A stretch of DNA of 64,000 bases, from NCBI GenBank assembly GCA_965224245.1, contig OZ245046.1:4832001-4896000 (forward strand), written 5' to 3'. The notes beneath the pieces are model-generated. The model searched no databases, was not told where the DNA came from, and was given only the letters and a program-made list of their open reading frames with translations. The stretch comes from Candidatus Eiseniibacteriota bacterium (lineage in GTDB: Bacteria > Eisenbacteria > RBG-16-71-46 > CAZAMP01). A program made the position numbers and the translations under genes. Positions 19,866 to 30,953 of the stretch are shown piece after piece. How positions within the stretch are numbered: the stretch's first letter is position 1; each line of letters starts with the position of its first letter.

Positions 19866-20128
19866 TCTCTGCTATGTCGCATGCGGCTTTTTTTGCAACG
19901 AGTTATCTGTTTTCAATCGGTCTTGTTAGGCGAAAGTGAGCATGCTAGACTTCGCCTCCGCTTCACGAAGCTGGACACGGAAGCGGCGCGCGAGGCGCCT
20001 GTTTGCTTCGCCGAGGACACCCGAGCTCACACACCTGTCCTTTCCTGGGAGTCTCGTTCTTTGGGTCCGCTTTTTGGGGCTCGTTTTTTCGGAAACGGTC
20101 TCAAGATATAGCGAATATTGTGAGTTAT

Positions 20129-20279
20129 TGTGGAAAACCCAAGGAAAACCCTTCAACTCTTTGTCCTTTTTGAGTTTAGTGGCTATCCACATATCAACTG
20201 TTGATTGTGGATAACCACCCGGCCTGCGTCCGGGGCTGTTCAACTTGTTCCAACTTCAGCCCTTGGAAGATTCTCCACA
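20129..20279. promoter_or_regulatory. DnaA-box cluster upstream of dnaA (left part of a bipartite oriC / dnaA promoter)
   Basis: TGTGGAAAA 20129, CTATCCACA 20183, perfect TGTGGATAA 20206, TTCTCCACA 20271 in an AT-rich stretch. Confidence 0.85.
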
Positions 20280-20346
20280 TGTTCGTCGCACGGCGGCGCA
20301 TGCCCGGCGCCGCCCGAACGACCAAGCGCCGGTAGGAGGTCCCCGA

Positions 20347-21774
20347 GTGGAATCCCACTCCTCCGCATCCGATGCCTGGGCCCGCATCTTGGCGTACGTC
20401 AAGGAAGTGGTCAGCGAGCAGACGTTCCGCACCTGGTTCAGTCCCCTGTCCGCCGGGGAGTTCGACAGATCGCGGCTGACGATCGTCGTCCCCAACCCGT
20501 TCTACTCCGACTGGCTTCAGGAGCACTACTCCGAGCTCCTGACCCAGGCGGTGGGAGCGGTTTTCTCCGAGGGCGTCGCAATGTCGTTCGTCGTCAGCGA
20601 CGACTACAGCGACACCGCTCGACCGCTGGCGCCGTCCGAGTCGTCGGACGGCGGCGACGCGGCGGCGACGAACGGCGTGATGAACGGCGCGGGCGCCCGC
20701 GCCTCCGGGATGCGGCAGGCGCGTGTCGCCGGCCAGGACGACGGCCTCCTCAACCCGCGCTTCACGTTCGAGAACTTCGTCGTGGGCAAGTCGAACGAGT
20801 TCTGCTTCGCGGCGTGCGAGGCGGTCGCGAAGAGCCCGGGGAACGTCTACAACCCGCTGTTCATCTACGGCGGCGTGGGGCTCGGCAAGACGCACATCAT
20901 GCAGGCGATCGGACATCGGTTGCGCCAGAACCGACCCTCCTCACACGTCCGCTACGTGTCGTCCGAGAAGTTCATGAACGAGATGATTCAATCCATCCAG
21001 CGCGGCACGACGTTCGAGTTCAAACGGCGCTATCGGTCCGCCGACCTCCTGTTCATCGACGACATCCAGTTCCTGACCGGCAAGGAGTCGACGCAGGAGG
21101 AGTTCTTCCACACGTTCAACACGCTGTACGATGCACACAAACAGATCGTGATCACGTCGGATCGGCCGCCCAAGGCGCTGAACGACCTCGAGGATCGTCT
21201 CGTCTCGCGCTTCAACTGGGGACTCGTCAGCGACATCAGTGCGCCCGACTACGAGACGCGCGTGGCCATTCTGCGGCGCAAGGCCGAAGCGGAGAACATG
21301 GAGATCTCCAACGACGTGCTCATGTGCATCGCCGATCGCATCACGAACAACGTGCGCGAGCTCGAAGGATCGCTCGTTCGCCTCAGCGCGCTCGCGTCGT
21401 TGACGAAGAGCAAGATCGACGTCGACCTCGTTCAGGAGTTCCTGAAGGACCTGATGCGCGATCGCTCCCACCGTCCGGTGGAGGCACGCGACGTCGTGAA
21501 GGTGGTCTGCGCGCATTTCGGTCTGAGTGCCGAGGCGCTTCGCAGCCGGCGACGCACGCAGAAGATCGCGTTTCCCCGTCAGGTGGCGATGTACCTGTGC
21601 AAGCAGCTCACGAACATGTCGCTGGTGGAGATAGGCGCCCAGTTCGGGGGGCGCGATCACACCACGGTTCTCTACGCGTGCGACAAGATCGAGTCCCGGC
21701 GCACCCAGGATCCCGAGCTGGACCGCACCCTGGACGAGCTCACGCAGGCGCTGTCGACCCCTTCGAGATCCTGA
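20347..21774 (+). CDS. dnaA: Chromosomal replication initiator DnaA
   Basis: FENFVVGKSN, YNPLFIYGGVGLGKTH, DDIQFL, GGRDHTTVLYA; AGGAGG RBS before GTG 20347. Confidence 0.99.
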   Translation: MESHSSASDAWARILAYVKEVVSEQTFRTWFSPLSAGEFDRSRLTIVVPNPFYSDWLQEHYSELLTQAVGAVFSEGVAMSFVVSDDYSDTARPLAPSESSDGGDAAATNGVMNGAGARASGMRQARVAGQDDGLLNPRFTFENFVVGKSNEFCFAACEAVAKSPGNVYNPLFIYGGVGLGKTHIMQAIGHRLRQNRPSSHVRYVSSEKFMNEMIQSIQRGTTFEFKRRYRSADLLFIDDIQFLTGKESTQEEFFHTFNTLYDAHKQIVITSDRPPKALNDLEDRLVSRFNWGLVSDISAPDYETRVAILRRKAEAENMEISNDVLMCIADRITNNVRELEGSLVRLSALASLTKSKIDVDLVQEFLKDLMRDRSHRPVEARDVVKVVCAHFGLSAEALRSRRRTQKIAFPRQVAMYLCKQLTNMSLVEIGAQFGGRDHTTVLYACDKIESRRTQDPELDRTLDELTQALSTPSRS

Positions 21775-22225
21775 CAACCTTACCCACACCCTGTGGGATA
21801 CCCGTGGACCGATGGCCCCCCCGGGGACAACCCCGACATCGGTCCACGGTCTATCCCCATCGCGAGGCGCATCAACTCGGTCATAAGTCATTGGTAGAAA
21901 GGTCGTTTCGGGCGACGGACGGGGTTGTCGACATATCCCCAGCCCCTACCATTACTACTGGTTGTAAATGATTGGTATGTAGTAGTTTAGAGGCGTGGGG
22001 AAAACCCATTTTTGCTTGCGCGGCTCCGATCGCGTCCCTAGAATACGGCAGGTCGGAAACGGACCCGACATCCGCGGATCCGGCGTCGCGACGAGAGGCT
22101 CGGCGACCAACGGCACAGGGATCGCCAACCGGAGAACCGGACGGCGTGCCTCTAACACTCTCTAACGAAAAGATTTAACTGTGTCGGTGCCCCGAGCCAC
22201 CGCACTGACGACCGAAGGAACACCC
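21775..22225. other. oriC (dnaA-dnaN intergenic) with DnaA boxes, DnaA-trios and AT-rich unwinding region
   Basis: Degenerate boxes TTACCCACA 21780, CTATCCCCA 21851, tandem TTGTCGACA/ATATCCCCA 21925-21941, then GCCC, trio array CTA-CCA-TTA-CTA-CTG 21946-21960 and an AT-rich run. Confidence 0.88.
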
Positions 22226-23347
22226 ATGGCCATGAAGTTCTCGGTCCCGCAGTCCGAGCTGTCCCGCGCGGCGCAAACGGTCAATCAAGCGGTTCCGACG
22301 CGGAGCACCCTGCCCGCGCTCTCCAACTTCCACGTCGAGGTCGAGGCCGATACGCTCCGGATCAGTGCGACCGACCTGGACACGTCGGTTTCGCTGAAGG
22401 TGGCCTGCGAGGACGTGTCTCCGGGGCGCACGCTGGTTCCCGCTCGCCTGTTCACCGACCTCGTGAAGAGCCTCCCCGCCGACGTCGTCACGGTGTCGTC
22501 GGAGGGCGAGAGCGTGAAGATCGTCTCGCGAGGCGGCGAGTTCTCACTGCCGACCGCGGATCCCGACGATTACCCGCAGCTTCCCCGGATCGAGGAGGAG
22601 CGCACGGTCGAGCTGTCCGCGGCGGTGTTCGCGGGTCTGGTCAAGAAGGTCGTCGACTTCGTGGCGTCGGACGACTCGCGTCCCGAGATGAGCGGCGTGA
22701 AGGTGGAGTTTCGCAAGGGTGAGCTTCGCATGGTCGCCATCAACGGACACATGCTCGCGCTCGCGGGCGTGACCGGGAACTACGCCAAGGGTGAGGACGT
22801 CATCGTGCTTCCGTCGGCGCTCCAGTACGCGCTGCACGGCATGGCTGCGGGATCCAACGTCCAGCTCGGGATCGCACGCACGCAGATCGCGTTCCAGACC
22901 GGCAACCTGACGGTGTTCTCGCGGCTCCTCGAGGGCAAGTTCCCCGACTACGAGAAGGTCCTTCCCGAGAACAACCCAAAGCGTGTCGTGGTGCGCCGCG
23001 ACGAGCTGCGCGAAGCGCTGCGTCGGGTCGACGTCGTGGCCGACAACATCACGCACCAGGTACGGGTGAAGCTCACGAAGGGCTCCATCGAGCTCGACGC
23101 GCAGCAGACCGTCGGTGGCGGCCGCGCGAACGTGCACATCGAGGCCCAGTACGACGGCGATGCGCTGGAGATCGGGTTCAATGCGAAGTATGTGATGGAC
23201 CTCCTCAAGACCATCGACGCCGAGGAGATCGAGCTCGCGCTCGATCGTCCGCTGACTGCGATGGTCGTCGAGCCGATACCGGCCCCGGAGAACGGTTTGC
23301 ACCGCTGTCTGGTCATGCCGCTGCGGCTGGCGAACCGGTCGTCCTGA
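22226..23347 (+). CDS. dnaN: DNA polymerase III beta sliding clamp
   Basis: ATDLD, SRLLEGKFPDYEKV, IGFNAKY, VMPLRL; follows dnaA. Confidence 0.97.
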   Translation: MAMKFSVPQSELSRAAQTVNQAVPTRSTLPALSNFHVEVEADTLRISATDLDTSVSLKVACEDVSPGRTLVPARLFTDLVKSLPADVVTVSSEGESVKIVSRGGEFSLPTADPDDYPQLPRIEEERTVELSAAVFAGLVKKVVDFVASDDSRPEMSGVKVEFRKGELRMVAINGHMLALAGVTGNYAKGEDVIVLPSALQYALHGMAAGSNVQLGIARTQIAFQTGNLTVFSRLLEGKFPDYEKVLPENNPKRVVVRRDELREALRRVDVVADNITHQVRVKLTKGSIELDAQQTVGGGRANVHIEAQYDGDALEIGFNAKYVMDLLKTIDAEEIELALDRPLTAMVVEPIPAPENGLHRCLVMPLRLANRSS

Positions 23348-23372
23348 GCGGCCACCAAAGGATCGGATCCCA

Positions 23373-25612
<2,240 letters not shown>

Positions 25613-25713
25613 GCCGCGCCACCGACACGAGTCACGTCAGAACGCACGAGGTGAGCGCTCGCCGCTCGCGCACGGGAACACCCGCGCCGGCGGCCGGAGA
25701 AGGATGAGACGAG

Positions 25714-28344
25714 ATGGCTGACGATCCGAACCGCATCGTACCGATCAACCTCGAGGACGAGCTTCGCAGCGCGTACCTCGACTACTCGATGAGCGTCATC
25801 GTGAGTCGCGCGCTGCCCGATGCGCGCGACGGATTGAAGCCCGTGCAGCGACGGATTCTGGTCGCGATGCGCGAGCTCAACCTCACGCACGATCGCAAGC
25901 ACCGGAAGTCCGCCAAGATCACCGGTGACGTGACCGGTAACTACCACCCGCACGGCACCGCAGCCGTGTACGACACGATGGTGCGCATGGCGCAGGACTT
26001 CTCTCTGCGCTACCCGTTGATCGATGGACAGGGCAACTTCGGGTCCGTGGACGGTGACGGGGCCGCGGCCGAGCGGTACACCGAGGCCCGCCTGACCGAA
26101 GCCGCCGAGAACCTCCTCGGCGACATCGAGAAGGACACGGTCGATCATCGGCCGAACTACGAGGAGACCCGCGACGAGCCGGTCGTCCTGCCCGGACGGT
26201 TTCCGAATCTGCTGGTCAACGGCGCCACCGGGATCGCGGTCGGGATGGCCACCAACATCCCGCCACACAACCTCGGCGAGATCGTCGACGGTCTGTGCAT
26301 GCTGCTCGACGACCCGGACGCGACGGTGTCCGATCTGCGGCGCGCGGTGAAGGGCCCCGACTTCCCGACCGCCGGCATCATCCAGGGGACCGACGGCATC
26401 CAGCAGGCGTACGAGACCGGCCGCGGGCTCATCCGCGTCCGCGCGCGGGCGGAGATCGAGACGAACGAGAAGACCGGGCGCGAGCGCATCCTGGTCACCG
26501 AGCTCCCGTATCAGGTGAACAAGGCCACGCTGCTGGAGAAGATCGCGCACCTGGTCAAGTCGGGCGTGGTCGCCGGCATCTCGGACATCCGCGACGAGAG
26601 CGACCGCGACGGCATGCGGGTGGTGATCGACGTCCGCAAGGACGGCGCGCCGAACATCATCCTGAACCAGCTCTTCAAGCACACGGCCATGCAAAGCACG
26701 TTCGGCGCCAACATGGTCGCGCTCGTCGACATGCGCCCCAAGCAGCTCTCGCTCAAGGAGCTGATGAACGAGTACCTCCGGCACCGGCGCGAGGTCGTGG
26801 TGCGGAGGACCGAGTTCGAGCTGGCCCAGGCCGAGCGGCGCGCGCACATCCTGGAGGGCCTCCGGAAGGCGCTGGATCACATCGATGCCATCATCGAGAC
26901 CATCCGCGCCGCGGCGGACGTGCCCGTGGCCCGCCAGAACCTCATGTCCGGGTTCGAGCTCAGCGAGGCGCAGGCCAACGCGATTCTCGAGATGCGCCTC
27001 CAGCGCCTGACCGGCATGGAGCGCAAGAAGCTCGACGAGGAGTACACCGATCTCATCCAGGAGATCGAGCGCCTGCGCGGCATCCTCGAGAGCGACGCCC
27101 AGGTGCGCGAGGTCATCCGCGACGAGCTCCAGGAGATCCGCGAGGCCTACGCCGACGAACGCCGGACCGAGATCACCGCGATGGCCGCCGGCGAGTTCGC
27201 CGACGAGGACCTCATCCCCGAGGAGGACATGGTCGTCACGATCAGCCACCTCGGGTACATCAAGCGCATCCCGCTGACCGCCTATCGCTCGCAGCGGCGC
27301 GGCGGCAAGGGCATCACCGGGGCCACCACGCGCGAGGAGGACTGGACGCAGGAGCTCTTCATCGCGTCGACGCACGACTACATGCTCTTCTTCACCGATC
27401 GCGGTCGCTGCTACTGGCTCAAGGTGCACGCCATTCCGAAGGCGGGTCGCACCGCGCGCGGAAAGGCGATCGTCAACTGCATCCAGATCGGATCCGACGA
27501 GCGGGTCACCGCGTACACGCAGGTGAACGAGTTCGACGACCATCGCTACCTGATCATGGTGACCCGTCAGGGCACGATCAAGAAGACGCCCCTGAATGCG
27601 TTCAGCAACCCGCGCCGGGCCGGCATCCGCGCGGTCAACCTGGCCGACGGCGACATGCTGATCGCGGCCTCGCTGACCAACGGCGACAACGAGGTCATGC
27701 TCGCCACCCGGAAAGGCCGCGCCGTCCGATTCCACGAGAGCGCGCTGCGCCCGATGGGACGGACCGCCGGCGGCGTGCGCGGGGTCTCCCTCGACGGCGA
27801 CGAGGACGGCGTCGTGGGCATGGTCGTCGTCGAGCGCGACGCCACGCTCCTGTCGGTCACCGAACGTGGATATGGCAAGAGGACCCCGATCGCCGAGTAC
27901 CGGCTGACGAACCGCGGGACGAAGGGCGTCGTGAACATCCGGACCAGCGAGCGCAACGGTCCCGTGGTGGGCATCCTCGAGGTCACGTCGGATGACCAGA
28001 TCATCATCATCTCGTCGTCGGGGATCGTGATCCGGAGCCCGGTGCGCGACGTGCGCGAGATGGGTCGCGCGACGCAGGGCGTGCGCTTGATCACGATGGA
28101 CGAGGATGCGACCGTGGCCGACGTGGCCAAGGTGCCGTCGGGCGACGACGACAACGGTGGGATGCGGGGGCCCAGGGGAACCGATCCCGCGACGCCCGTG
28201 TCCAAAGGGTCCGAGCCGTCGGCCGAGCTGAGCGCCGCGGTGAGAGACTTCGCCGACGAGCTCGTGGATGAAGCGGACGGGGATCCGGCCGGTGACGATC
28301 CGGCGGACGGCGCGGACGCGCCGGATGACGACGACGAGAGCTGA
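25714..28344 (+). CDS. gyrA: DNA gyrase subunit A
   Basis: SRALPDARDGLKPVQRR, YHPHG, AAERYTE catalytic Tyr, GyrA-box QRRGGKG, acidic tail. Confidence 0.98.
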   Translation: MADDPNRIVPINLEDELRSAYLDYSMSVIVSRALPDARDGLKPVQRRILVAMRELNLTHDRKHRKSAKITGDVTGNYHPHGTAAVYDTMVRMAQDFSLRYPLIDGQGNFGSVDGDGAAAERYTEARLTEAAENLLGDIEKDTVDHRPNYEETRDEPVVLPGRFPNLLVNGATGIAVGMATNIPPHNLGEIVDGLCMLLDDPDATVSDLRRAVKGPDFPTAGIIQGTDGIQQAYETGRGLIRVRARAEIETNEKTGRERILVTELPYQVNKATLLEKIAHLVKSGVVAGISDIRDESDRDGMRVVIDVRKDGAPNIILNQLFKHTAMQSTFGANMVALVDMRPKQLSLKELMNEYLRHRREVVVRRTEFELAQAERRAHILEGLRKALDHIDAIIETIRAAADVPVARQNLMSGFELSEAQANAILEMRLQRLTGMERKKLDEEYTDLIQEIERLRGILESDAQVREVIRDELQEIREAYADERRTEITAMAAGEFADEDLIPEEDMVVTISHLGYIKRIPLTAYRSQRRGGKGITGATTREEDWTQELFIASTHDYMLFFTDRGRCYWLKVHAIPKAGRTARGKAIVNCIQIGSDERVTAYTQVNEFDDHRYLIMVTRQGTIKKTPLNAFSNPRRAGIRAVNLADGDMLIAASLTNGDNEVMLATRKGRAVRFHESALRPMGRTAGGVRGVSLDGDEDGVVGMVVVERDATLLSVTERGYGKRTPIAEYRLTNRGTKGVVNIRTSERNGPVVGILEVTSDDQIIIISSSGIVIRSPVRDVREMGRATQGVRLITMDEDATVADVAKVPSGDDDNGGMRGPRGTDPATPVSKGSEPSAELSAAVRDFADELVDEADGDPAGDDPADGADAPDDDDES

Positions 28345-28358
28345 ATGGTGACCCACGA

Positions 28359-29609
28359 GTGACGCACGACACGACTCGTCCGGCGGCGATCGCCTCGGTC
28401 GCGTTGATCGCCGCGCTCGGATCGGCCCCGCTCTGGTCCGGGTGCGCTCCCGAGACCGACCCGGTGGCGGTGCGCCTGCCGGCGAGAAGCCCCGAGACCG
28501 CCGCGGTCCGACTCCTCACGGTCCCGGCCGACTCGGTGGCCTACCTGAGCTACGACGCGCAGGCCGACGTCGGCAAGAGCGACCGCCTTCTCTTCGGCGA
28601 TTTCGGCGGGATCCGCGCGCGGACGTTCGTGAAGTTCGAGATCGACTCGATCGCGGCGGACTCGCTCGCGGCACGCGACGTCACGTCGGCCGAGCTGCGC
28701 TACTCCTGCATACCCGGCGCGTCCACCGACTCCATCACCGTCGAGATCATGACGTACGCCGTGATGCCGGGCGCGTCGTGGTCCGAGAACGACACGCTCT
28801 CGTGGCCGGGTCCCGCGATCGACGAGGCCTCGGTGACCGCGACGCCGATTCTGGACGATTGCGACGAGACGCAGGTGTCGGTTGCGGTGTCACCGGCCGT
28901 CGTCGAGGGCTGGCTCGACTCGCCCGCCGACGCGAACGGCCTCATGGTCGGATACACCAGCGGCGCGTCGATGATCGAGGCGGCGTCCGCCGAGAACCTC
29001 CTCGTCGACTCCGAGCTCGATCGACTCGTGGGGCCGGTGCTGGCCGTGACGTTCGCGGACTTGGACGAGACCTACCTCTTCTCGGAGACCACGGTTTCCG
29101 ACGACGTCTTCGTGCTGTCGCCCGACGAGGCGGTGCTGCCCTGCGCCGACCCCGCCGACTGCCTGGTCGTCAGCCGTGGGGTCAACAGGCGGATCCTGAC
29201 CTGGCCGAGGATCGACCTGCCGCCCGGGAGCAACGTGCATCGCGCCACCATCAATCTGCATGTTCTGGGGCACCCGCGCTTCGACCGCGACCTCCCGCTC
29301 CAGGTGTTCCGGCTGACCAGCGAGTGGCCGACCGAAGCGCCGGTCGACTCGATGGTGACGAACAGCGGGGTCGTGTGGCACACGGTCGAGGTCGAGGTCG
29401 ACGGGGACTCCGTCGTGGAGGTGCCCATCACCGATCTCGTTCAGGCCTGGCACAACGGCATTTATGAGAACAGAGGCGTCATGGTTCGCACGGCCGACCA
29501 GGACGAAGGGGTCAGTGCGGTCGCGTTCGCGAGCCCGATGCACCCGGACGAGGCGCTGAGGCCCAGCGTTACCGTCGCGTACACCGTCCCGTACGGGGGG
29601 CGGCCATGA
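28359..29609 (+). CDS. Lipoprotein, DUF4270/DNRLRE-like beta-sandwich
   Basis: Lipobox LWSGC; 'VPITDLVQAWHNG..ENRGVMVR...RPSVTVAY' resembles DNRLRE-type domain ends; coupled to the downstream OMP. Confidence 0.55.
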   Translation: MTHDTTRPAAIASVALIAALGSAPLWSGCAPETDPVAVRLPARSPETAAVRLLTVPADSVAYLSYDAQADVGKSDRLLFGDFGGIRARTFVKFEIDSIAADSLAARDVTSAELRYSCIPGASTDSITVEIMTYAVMPGASWSENDTLSWPGPAIDEASVTATPILDDCDETQVSVAVSPAVVEGWLDSPADANGLMVGYTSGASMIEAASAENLLVDSELDRLVGPVLAVTFADLDETYLFSETTVSDDVFVLSPDEAVLPCADPADCLVVSRGVNRRILTWPRIDLPPGSNVHRATINLHVLGHPRFDRDLPLQVFRLTSEWPTEAPVDSMVTNSGVVWHTVEVEVDGDSVVEVPITDLVQAWHNGIYENRGVMVRTADQDEGVSAVAFASPMHPDEALRPSVTVAYTVPYGGRP

Positions 29610-30820
29610 AACATGCCGCCGTGGTGATGGTCGTGGGGCTATCGACCGCCCTGGCCGTGTCCGTGGTCGAGGCGGACAGCATTTTCTCTGGATTTGGTTA
29701 TGGAAGACTCCTGCATCCGGTCGACGCACGCGCGGCGGGCATGGGGGACGTCTCGCTGGTCTCGAGCTCCGCGTGGTCGTTCAGCCCTCGCAACCCCTCG
29801 CTGATGGCGGGGCTTCCCGACGCGGCCGCCTACCTGTCGTTCAACGCGGACTTCACACAGGTGGACGCCGGCGCCGGGCGCGAGACCCGGCCCGACGGTG
29901 GGCTGCCGTTCGTCGCCGTCGGGCTCCCCATCTCCCGCGTGACCCTGGCGCTGTCGCTGTTCGAGATGACCGATGCCCGGCACAGCTTCGTACAGCGCAT
30001 CGAGGGCGACCCGACCGCCTACGACCTGATCTCCGAGGGCAGCGGCGCCTGGTCGCGCATCCAGGCCGCGGTCGCGGGGTCGGTCGGGCGATCGTTGAGC
30101 GTGGGGGCGTCGGTCGGCATCCCGTTCTCGTCCATCGAGGATCACGTCACACGCGACTTCCACACCACAGGATACGTGGATCGGGACGAGCGGTCGCGGA
30201 CGAGCCTCGAGGACGTGTCGTTCCTGGCCCTGGGCGCACAGTACCGCGTCGGCGCCCTGACCTTCGGCGGGTTCGGCGAGCTTCCGACCAGTGGCGAGAT
30301 CTCGACGGTCGTCGAGCTGATCGGCGACACCGAGACCCGGACGACCTACGACATCTCCCTGCCCGGGGCGTTCGGGGTCGCGGGCTCGTTCCTCGTGTCG
30401 CCGACTCTGGCCGTGTCGGGGGAGTTCCGCCGGCAGCCATGGTCCGACGTGGAGATCGACGATGTGCCATGGGAGGAGAGCGATCTCGACATCGCACGCG
30501 CCTACGAGGACGTCGACGCGTGGGGGGTCGGGCTGGAGTGGCGGCGGGGCGCCCGATCCGAGTCCATCCGGGTGCGAGACCACATCCAGTACCGCCTCGG
30601 CTACGCATTCACCCCGTGGATGACCGCCGGGCCCAACGGGGGTCGGGTGACGGACCGAAGCCTGACCACCGGCATCGGGATCCCGTTCGCGCGCGACAAC
30701 GGCGAGCTGAACGTGGCGCTGCGGTACACGCAGCGCCGCGAGGCCGGGAGCGATCTCCGCGAGAACGTCGTCAGCGTGACGTTCGGGGTGTCCTTCGCAC
30801 GACAGCCCCGGGACTACTGA
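29606..30820 (+). CDS. Outer-membrane beta-barrel, FadL/PorV-like
   Basis: Signal peptide; 'SIFSGFGYG...DARAAGMG...NPSLM' N-terminal motif; alternating beta-strand pattern; ATGA overlap with upstream gene. Confidence 0.7.
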   Translation: MKHAAVVMVVGLSTALAVSVVEADSIFSGFGYGRLLHPVDARAAGMGDVSLVSSSAWSFSPRNPSLMAGLPDAAAYLSFNADFTQVDAGAGRETRPDGGLPFVAVGLPISRVTLALSLFEMTDARHSFVQRIEGDPTAYDLISEGSGAWSRIQAAVAGSVGRSLSVGASVGIPFSSIEDHVTRDFHTTGYVDRDERSRTSLEDVSFLALGAQYRVGALTFGGFGELPTSGEISTVVELIGDTETRTTYDISLPGAFGVAGSFLVSPTLAVSGEFRRQPWSDVEIDDVPWEESDLDIARAYEDVDAWGVGLEWRRGARSESIRVRDHIQYRLGYAFTPWMTAGPNGGRVTDRSLTTGIGIPFARDNGELNVALRYTQRREAGSDLRENVVSVTFGVSFARQPRDY

Positions 30821-30953
30821 TCGCCGCCAGGCGCTTCTCGACGCGCTTCTCCCGCGTGGCGCCCGCCGCCGCGGTCCCTCCTGGCCGGAGCGATCCCCCG
30901 ACGAGACGAAAAAGAGTGACGGCACCCGGTACATCCCCGGCTAGAGTCTCGAC

